DNA of 64,000 nt from assembly GCA_003344405.1 (NCBI GenBank), contig NOWV01000012.1, positions 372,001 to 436,000 of the forward strand. The letters are read 5' to 3'. This DNA is from Trichoplax sp. H2. Its lineage: Eukaryota. Below the pieces are notes generated by a model. The model worked only from the letters and a program-made list of their open reading frames with translations. It had not been told where the DNA came from and ran no database searches. The translations under genes were made by a program, and so were the position numbers. Below are positions 55,201 to 64,000 of this stretch, piece after piece. The first letter of the stretch is position 1, and every line of letters starts with the position of its first letter.

Positions 55201-58200
55201 TAAAGATAGACTTTACAGAATATACGAGTAGTAACATAGAACACCAATAAAATAAGCTTTCGTACAGTGCAATGGGCCAGTTAGGTTAGTCAATATAACG
55301 CTATAAATACATTACTATCACAGTTAGAGTAGTACGTGTATGCAATTAACAATTTCCTTCAATTAAACATTCTAACTAGTAGTATGAGTCTAGAACTTAC
55401 TATCACAAACATTTTTGGTCCGATCAGAGTTTATTTACTACTGTATATTTGTATATGTTAGATGCTAGAGATTTAATGTAAATCTAGCTAACTTGCGATT
55501 ACTATGAATAATAAAATAAGTAGATTACGTCCGAGAAACTAGGCGATTCGAGTTTTCCATACTACTGTATAGACGCGTATGTAGAGGTTAGAGGCTAGAG
55601 ATATAATTCTAAATCTCGCTAATGAGTGATTATTAAGAAGAATAAGCTAGTATATTGCAACAGAGTAGTCACTTTTATATAAATGCCAAGGGTTATTACT
55701 GATATTAATAAATATTAGACATAGAAAATGCGAAGAATTCATTTGTAATACTCGTGTAAAAATACTTACGATCCGTCATCATTCCATTCGAGACAGTTAA
55801 CACAACCACGGTGTCCCTATGAAGTTATAAATTCACATTGAAATATTTCAATTTATTTCAGCAATATTCTCAAGTATTTGCAGTACTGTATAACTATAAT
55901 TTTTAACCCTATCCTGCACGAACTGTATTCTAGAAAGATATTCTATTAACTGCTTCCGACTTATCATTAAATAGTTCAATCTTTCTACAATTCGAGCAAT
56001 GTGATAGAGGTTGGATACTATGCTACGAGAGTTAAATTCCTTTAAAATCCTTTTATCATGCAACTGCTAGATCAAGCAATGGTAGTAATTCGGTTGGCTA
56101 TTGTATACTGTAGGCAATCGACGATTCGTTATGATATGCTATATTGCAATTATAACCTAATCCTTACTCCAGGACTCCAATACAGTACGTATGTCCATAA
56201 GAGTAGAAATTAGCTGATTACAAACAAATTATATACGTTATGTACAATAGATTGAAATCTTCATAGGCATTGTAAAAGTAGTTTTTTTTTTATCATCAAC
56301 GACACTTAACTTTACTGCCCTATAGTGTGAGTGAAAGTATGCCACTAGAATTTAACTTGATATTCCTTCCGGGAGTAAAGTAATCTTCTACTATGCCAGC
56401 TATAGGTAAGAGTTTAAGCGTAAGCGCAACGCTAGCTAAAAACGTACACGTACTATAATTATATACATAATTAATTACTCGTGACTACAGTAATCTACCG
56501 GACAATCTGTTGTACAGTATTCTTTCTTTTTAATCTGTTCATCAATTTAGTATGCTTGATATTTACAGATCATGTACTGTACAATCTATTCTAACTCACT
56601 GTTCACTCTTCCTCATTAGCTACTATTTTTGGAGTGAATGAAAGAATGAACAGAAAATAGATATTGTATAGTAGTGTTGTGCAATATCTTATATCTTATC
56701 GAGTGTAAAATTGGAATGATTACGTAGCAGTAGCGGCTTAAGTGGACTTTAGACGATAGTTTATGGCTGAAAGTTTGCAACAGTAGCTTACCTCTAGCTC
56801 GGTCTCTAATTCCAATCGATTCGCCAACGATGGAAAGACATGTAGAGATCTTTCAAACGTTCGATTAAATGTTCCAGTTACTGACTACAAGATAAATCAA
56901 TAAAAAAAGAATAGACTTGTTTGTAAGAAAATCTCTCCATTTTCAGGGTTGACAGAAATAATAATAATTCATTTTTTTTCTTCAATCTGATCAACAGAAT
57001 ATAACCCTTATACAATAGAGTCAAAATAATATGCGTATGTAGGCTGGTGTTGATCGCAACCATCGAGTAACTATGAATGATGATTTGCTTCTTCTTATAG
57101 ATCGATATCATAAGATAGTAAAGAAAGAGAAATGAATTTGATGGAGGGGGCCAATCAATAGAAATCCAAGTCAGTTTCTCGATTTCGTCATCAAGTATGA
57201 TCCATCCCTACAGTCAATCTGTTAGGAAAAGAATCTGACTTTCCAAATTGGCGATAAACACTGTACAAGTAGGGCTATGGAATGCAGTATAAAAGTGATG
57301 ACAGAAGATTAACACAGTATAAGAGTAGAAAAGATTCTAAGTCAGCAGATATTTTTTCATGATGGTTTTTTTCTACCCTTTGCATCCGAATTCTTGCTAG
57401 TTGTTGTTGTTATTATTTACTATTTTTATTTGAATTGAAGAATCATGGCAATCCTGTCAATAGCTATATATAGGACTGATTACCAGAGGATATATTGAGT
57501 AGTTAAGAAGATAGCGTATAATCCTTGATAAATGATGTCTTGCATGATGGGTCATATTTTGAGGTAGAGATTTTACACTCATTAGAAAGGAAGAAAAATG
57601 GAAATATAATTATTTACTATCATTCTACGCGCATTTGGATTGAAGTCGAAGAACCCAGGCGACCACGTCCATAGCTATAGCACTGATGACGACTAGAGGA
57701 CATGTTGAGTAGCTAAGAACAAGGTGCATAATTCTGAAAAGATAATGTCTTGTCATAATGGATACTATTTTCAGGTAGAGATTTTGTACTCATTGCAAAG
57801 GGGAGAGGAAAAAACAGAAATATTACTATTCTTATTTAATTTGAATTGGAGTCAAAGAATCAAGGCGATCCTATCAAAGGCTATCGGAGAGATGACTAGA
57901 AGCCATGTTGAGTAGTATAAGAATATGGCGTATAATGCTTGAAAGGTAATGTCTTGTCATGATGGAAAATCTATTTTCAGGTAGAGATTTGTACTGATTA
58001 GAAAGGGGAAAGCGGAAAAGTTCATCTTGTCTACGAATAGATCCATCGACATCACTGGGGGGCATCCGTGTTATTTGCATCGTTATCCTTGAGTGTGCGA
58101 TGATGCTGTAACCTGTAGTCTAACTCTCTTACTATCCCTTTTTACAAGTTGACGTTTACTCTACAAATAGTTGGATCTAGACTATTGTCATGATCGTGAT

Positions 58201-58323
58201 GGAACTTACCAGGAAGAAAGAGAAAAATCTTTGAAAAAAAAAATTGGATCAGAAAAACTTGCTACCTCCTCTTACCTGGCATTCGCGTTGTCGAAGGAAG
58301 TTAGATACTTGATTTCCAATCAT
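52206..58323 (-). CDS. WDTC1: WD and tetratricopeptide repeats protein 1 (DCAF9/adipose)
   Basis: Exon 1 (58276-58323, [16 protein letters not shown]) splices to ...[37 protein letters not shown]. Further motifs: [46 protein letters not shown], and C-terminal [19 protein letters not shown]...IVNCLQPHP...LATSGID...[10 protein letters not shown]. Confidence 0.94.
52244..52322 (-). repeat. Coding AAT/GAT trinucleotide tract giving an Asn/Asp-rich WDTC1 C-terminal tail
   Basis: Translates as [27 protein letters not shown]. Confidence 0.8.
57410..58010. repeat. Three diverged tandem copies of a ~205-bp unit inside WDTC1 intron 1
   Basis: ttgagtag occurs at 57495, 57705 and 57908. Each is followed by ...atgtcttg...atgg...tattt(tg/tc)aggtagagattt...aaagg. 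Confidence 0.8.
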
Positions 58324-60179
58324 TCAGTTATTTTATTGAAGGAAGAGAAAATAAAAGAAAGGATAAAGACTCTTCTATCAAGATTGTAATTGCCACTATG
58401 GAAAGAAATGGAAAGGAAGTGAAAAACGCCGAAATAGCATGGATTGACAGTGGATTTGATTGGATTTTGTTAACAACTTTTGCAGGTTTTCCTTTCCCAG
58501 TGGTAGTAATTCTATGTCGACTTGGTCGCCTCTCCTTGAAGCCTTTCGGCGCAGTCCATCCAACTACAGACGTACCGACATATGGACATCGTATCATACA
58601 ACTGAGAGTAGAGTGTTGGAAGACGGTCGTAGAGCAGTAGGAATTATACTGGAGACATTGGAAAAGGCAAAGTGTGCATTGAGTGACCCGATCACTAGTC
58701 ACTCCGCATAGTCATCAGCTACTCAAAAATGATGTCCAGTAGGCCATGGTGTCGAGGTCCAAGAAAAAGTTTTTCGGCTTTTTCTTGGATCTCGCTTACT
58801 CTGTCACTAATTCACTATCCAATGCCCACACAATCGTCTAGACTAATATCATGGCTGTACAAATGGCTCAGTGAAGCTTGCATACTAATGGGCCACGTCA
58901 ATGTTATTTCCATTGGAAACCAAGGTAGACTTTTTGCTTGCCAAGACAATCCACTTTCTTGACTATATATAATGTCACCCATGACAACCATAGAATTCAT
59001 ACTGTAGGCAGTATTCTATTCCTACTGAAGTGACTTTATTTTTGCTCCGGTGGATTACTGGACGTTCAAGTATACAAAAGCGAATTGCCATTTGCAGTCG
59101 CTTTTTTTTCAAATTTGGTAGGCTAAAAGAATCGATAGGGTACTGTGTTTACCCATCTACTCCATTAACACTCTATGGAAAAGGGCACAAGATACTCCAT
59201 AAGCACTGTGCTTGATTCAAAAAATAAATCCATACCCAGTCGATTCAGTAGTGTAGAGTAGAAGAATCCTCGAATAATTGATTACGCTATGGTGATGCAT
59301 CTCATTTGCAATCTCATTATACTGTAGATCGGATGGAAACATGACTGGAGTGGATTGTTTACTTTGCACTTTCGAACTCGTTGACAGCTGCATGAACGAA
59401 AAATAACGAGTGGTGTGATCATCTCCATTCTACTACTCTAGCTCATCGTCATTGCTATGCCATGTATAGTAGTAGGTCGATAGTAATACCACGACTCGAT
59501 TGAATCCAGTCGAGTAGCCATGACGCTAGCCTAAATCATTAGCAAAACTGATGTCAGTGCTAGACTAGTGACTTCTGTACAGTATAAGAATACGCAGAGT
59601 AGAATCCTTGCATGGAGTAAAAACGCAACTCGAATCTGATAAAATGGTTGCATTTTCAAACCTTAAATGACTGCAATGGCTATACAAATACTGCATCAGC
59701 ACAGAATTACATATCCTTTTGTAAAACTCTGCTGCACATACAGTGTACACGCGGATATCAATGCTCGATTGATTCTAGCCCACTAGCATTACGGCAGCAC
59801 AAATCGCTAGCAAAACTTGATAGCACTAATAGCACTGATGTCGTACAGTAGTTGGAAGTCAATCACAGATTACTCGCTCTAGGCGAGAAATATGTACGTT
59901 AATGGATCATCTCTCTCTCTCTCTTTCTCGGCTCTCGAATCTCTACTGTACACGCGGTGTAGCATTTTCGTCCATTGGGATGTAGTTGTTGGGTTTCCTG
60001 AAATCGCTTTCAGGAAGCCCAGGCCTCAGTACAGTATTAGAATATGAATTGATACTATACCGTATAACATGAATTAATAATATTATTAAAAGATTCCAAC
60101 TCATGATACTTTGTTTATTAAATTAAAAATTGAATAAAAACAGTCCACTTATATTACTTAACCACAGCGTCCTCTCCCT

Positions 60180-61260
60180 ACTATGATAGACTAGATACGT
60201 CCATCCTGTAATAATATGTCTTTCTACTTATAGACAGTAGACGAGAGAGATAGTTGTATCAGCGAAGAGAACTTTATTACCCTAAGTCGGTCAGGTAGAA
60301 GGTAGAGAGAGATATATACTACTGGACAGAGAAAGGATTCTGAACCCAATAAGCTAAAAAATATATATATTGTTATATATATATGTGTTAGCGTGTTGGG
60401 TTGAGAATCCTTTCCCAGTGTAGTAGCAGTATATCTCTCTCTCTACCTTCTACCTGACGGACTTGGGATAATAACCTTCTCTTCTGTGAAATAGCTCTCT
60501 CTCTCTCTCTCTCCTCTCAGTCTATAAGTAGGACATATTAATACACTAGTCTGCTCTATATAGTACTGTGTAGCACTTTATATTGACAGACTTGAGATAA
60601 TAATATTCTCTTCTGTGAAACAGCTCTCTCTCTCTCCTCTCAGTCTATAAATAGAAAGACATATTACTACACTAGTCTGCTCTATATAGTACTATGTAGC
60701 AGTATATCTCTCTCTCTTTACCTTCTACCTGACGGACTTGGGATAATAACCTTCTCTTCTGTGAAACAGCTCTCTCTCTCTCTCTCCTCTCAGTCTATAA
60801 GTAGGACATATTAATACACTAGTCTGCTCTATATAGTACTGTGTAGCACTTTATATTGACGGACTTGAGATAATAATATTCTCTTCTGTGAAACAGCTCT
60901 CTCTCTCTCTCTCCTCTCAGTCTATAAATAGAAAGACATATTACTACACTAGTCTGCTCTATATAGTACTGTGTAGCACTTTATATTGCATTACGATTCC
61001 ATTGATCCTCGTAAAATGTATTATTATATATACTGTATGTGTGTTGGCGTATTGGGTTGAGAATCTTTTCTCTATGTAGCAGTATACCTCTCTCTCTTTA
61101 CCTTCTACCTGACAGACTTGAGATAATAATATTCTCTTCTGTGAAACAGCTCTCTCTCTCTCTCCTCTCAGTCTATAAATAGAAAGACATATTACTACAC
61201 TAGTCTGCTCTATACTGTACTGTGTAGCACTTTGTATTGCATTACGATTCCATGGATCAT
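60180..61260. repeat. Large imperfect inverted repeat centred on an (AT)n tract at ~60360-60385, with the right arm amplified as (CT)n-containing tandem units
   Basis: gtcaggtagaaggtagagagagatata...aaaggattctgaacccaa (~60290-60350) is the reverse complement of ttgggttgagaatccttt...tatatctctctctctaccttctacctgac (~60395-60460). The unit tctcttctgtgaaacagc(tc)n-ctctcagtctataa repeats 5 times. Confidence 0.88.
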
Positions 61261-61664
61261 CATAAAATGTGTACGGTATTTATCTAATGCATTTTACTTA
61301 GCATCCTCCATTCAGAAAGCAGAAAGCCGGCCGGCCGATATCGTGCACTTTACTAGAGAATATTTTGTAGAAGACTTGGATCTACTATAGCGTCTCGTTG
61401 TAGCCTTATTATGTACGTGTAGGCCCGTAGAAGACAGCGTGGAGCACTTTGTATTGCATTACGATTCCATGGATCATCATAAAATGTGTACGGTATTTAT
61501 CTAATGCATTTTACTTAGCATCCTCCATTCAGAAAGCAGAAAGCCGGCCGGCCGATATCGTGCACTTTACTAGAGAATATTTTGTAGAAGACTTGGATCT
61601 ACTATAGCGTCTCGTTGTAGCCTTATTATGTACGTGTAGGCCGTAGAAGACAGCGTGGAGCACT
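61226..61664. repeat. Near-perfect tandem duplication of ~217 bp
   Basis: agcactttgtattgcattacgattccatggatcatc...gaagacagcgtgg occurs at 61226 and 61443, differing by about one base (ggcccg versus ggccg). Confidence 0.92.
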
Positions 61665-62884
61665 ACTGTATCCAGTAGAAGCGGCATGCAGAGGAAAAGG
61701 CTGTAAGAAAGCAAGTTTGTCTTTATTGCAGTGACTGATGGATGCCACACTGCAACAAAATGCATGTCACACCTACACCACTGAATGAGTCCAGACAATG
61801 ACATTACTTTTGATTCATTTCCCTACTCTAACTATTACTTTGGACGATAAAAGAATGTCGTACACTTGCGTCATCGTCACCATCATTGACGACGCCATTT
61901 CTGCGGCAGTGTGTCAACTATTTTGAAATCGTCGCTTTTGTTATCTTGTTTTGTTAACATCAAGACAAAGGAGTTGATCAGCCGATACAAGATTAAAATA
62001 CCAATCTACCAATCAAACAATACCGTTATAAATTTCACGACTATTTATACCATTTTCCCATTTTGACCGGACTTATCCACTCCATTGCAAGCATATGGCC
62101 GATCGATTTGGATGCCTTGAAGATCATTAATTAATTCGCAGTGAGTGCTGTCATACTTATTCGTTGCCCTTGTTGCCAATCATAGTCGTCTACTTGTATT
62201 CATTTTATTAGCCATATTGCGTAGGGTAAAGAAACCAGTGACATGTGCAGTGAGAGTGTCGAGAAGGGTCTATCTTTACCGATTACTCCATCCATCGCGA
62301 TGAAATTGGCGTTATCGCCAATCGTAAGCGATACTGTGCCATATCCTATTTCAATATCATAGTAATAAGTTGATCGAACTACAAGAATAGCCAAATGTTT
62401 ATCATTTCTTTCTATTCCACATACGTTGATTGAAGATACAGCAATCAAGCCATACAATAATTTATCCTGTCCAATAGTTGTCTAGCCGTAAGATTGATGT
62501 TGTCTTAGATTGGATATATAACCTGCACTCTAGAATACAATATTGAATTGACGCAATCTTGTAAGATTATATCTCTTTTTTTCCCCCCCCCCCTACTTTG
62601 GCCATTTTTTAAATCTTTTTTCCCCCCTTATTTTTAACCCTTATTTTCATCACCCTATCATTGATTCAATTGTTCGTTATTGAAGATACTCTATACTCCA
62701 CTATTCATAGTTGAAATTAGGAATTTGTCTCCGATTTTGGCATCAAAATAGAGATATAGCTCAATCTGTAGTCGTTGCCAATGCAGTATACTGTAAACTA
62801 TCATCAACAGTCTTGTATCAGCAATCGATTGAATATCTTGAGATTGACGCAATGGGTATCTTTTATTTAAGTCCATCCAAGAAT

Positions 62885-63832
62885 ATGGAGTCGGTTCTTC
62901 ATCAATTATCCAAGGATGCGTCGCCAACCAAGCAGAAATCGCTTCGTGATGCTTGTGCAACAGCTACAGGTATAGTTATTTATCCAAGAATATCAATCTA
63001 TTCACAAATAGACTGATGGCTAGATTGCCGGTAAAATTTCAATTCCTTTCATCATCGAATACAATACTTGTACTACATCGATGTTATTCATTTGCCTAAC
63101 ATAGTTATACAGTTAGTTGAAAGTAAGTCATGTCCATTTCGTTGTCTTTAGCGATAGTCACAAGATATAACAGTCGTTATTGAAATTGTTATCAACAACA
63201 GCATGGTTAAAATACACACCCGACAATTAAAATCTCCTTCAGAAGTGAATCATTCGTTATAGTCATAAAAATGCCCTACTTTATTTGAATTCTAAGCGTT
63301 GTACTTGACTCATTCCATTGAGTATTATACTATGGAGATAATCGATATCATCTTTTCACTATTATATCCTAGAAATCTTGTTGGGTAAAAGTTCCGTCAA
63401 GCCTTATATACTAAGGTAAGCTGAAACCATCCGAACGTAAATATGGGAAAGCAATACCACGTTGTTAACCTTTACTAGAATGGTATTGTTGAGTTTTGTA
63501 TGCCATGGCTACATTATTCTACCGTTATACTTGTCGGATAAAATCATAATAACCCACTATCTTACATCGTGGAATCAACTAGTACCAACGATGATAATGT
63601 TAAATGTACAATTTACAACCATGAATTTAGTCAATGGAATAGAATATGATCAACTTTAATTGCTGAAAGACAAAAAAAAAAGAAAGAACTACTGTACATG
63701 GAGGTAGTGTATAACCACTTTTTAATGTTGTCTTTCCAATCTTATCGTAGAGAAAAATGCCTATTACCCATCAAGTTAGCATTTGAAAGCCGGAGTAATA
63801 AATTGGCTGGCCATGGCATTCGAGGACTCCAA
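62885..63832 (+). CDS. ARFGEF3: First three coding exons of ARFGEF family member 3 (BIG3/KIAA1244); continues beyond the window
   Basis: Exons 62885-62969, 63373-63415 and 63751-63832 give MESVLHQLSKDASPTKQKSLRDACATATEILLGKSSVKPYILREKCLLPIKLAFESRSNKLAGHGIRGLQ. This matches the BIG3 N-terminus as I recall it (MEEILRKLQKEAS...LREKCLLPLQLALESKN). Confidence 0.88.
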
Positions 63833-64000
63833 GTAAGTTCAAAATAAAAAGTTCTTTAAATTTTTTTTTTTACTTTTTGTATTATTGTGACATCAAAATA
63901 TGACAGCTTTTCTAACCGCAACAGCATCATTTTATGACCAACTAAAATTTCACAGTGACTTCAACAAGAAACTAAAATATCTTCACTTTATGTAATGGAC

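Noticed and set aside
56878-57111. [12 protein letters not shown].../MVAINTSL... as the WDTC1 first exon
   Set aside because: It has no phase-0 donor. The 48-nt exon at 58276-58323 fits both the frame and the WDTC1 N-terminus better.
58328-59851. Cluster of 60-124-aa ORFs upstream of WDTC1 as a hidden gene or retroelement
   Set aside because: No RT, transposase or other domain motif is recognisable and no coherent exon chain was found. A small gene or lncRNA cannot be excluded without RNA data.
62711-62884. In-frame N-terminal extension of ARFGEF3 suggested by the ORF track
   Set aside because: It starts at a TTG right after an acceptor-like AG, and homology begins exactly at the ATG at 62885. 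It is most likely 5' UTR.

Overview
AT-rich, gene-dense eukaryotic DNA with short (mostly 80-300 bp) GT-AG introns. It comes from an early-branching animal; gene content, intron sizes and TACAG/CTGTA-rich intergenic DNA suggest a placozoan such as Trichoplax (inference). By splicing exons by hand I reconstruct nine protein-coding genes: an outer-arm axonemal dynein heavy chain (DNAH5/8-like, -, 3' end outside the window), TTK/Mps1 (-), an atypical ~600-aa eIF4E-family protein (+), DYNLT1/Tctex-1 (-), UBE3D (+), DNAJB13 (-), GDAP2 (+), WDTC1 (-) and the first three exons of ARFGEF3/BIG3 (+). Eight of these form four head-to-head pairs. Each shared upstream region holds TACAG/CTGTA palindromic microsatellite, recent tandem duplications or inverted repeats, including a Tc1/mariner-like MITE. 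The most notable observations are: the eIF4E with a ~380-aa N-terminal extension and W43/Y56 signature; a single 5.5-kb exon covering most of the dynein motor; a DFG->DFN change in TTK; RFX X-boxes upstream of the ciliary genes; CDE-CHR motifs upstream of TTK; and apparent repeat expansion confined to divergent promoters. All homology calls come from recognising the sequences, not from database searches. I found no clearly novel multi-gene system.
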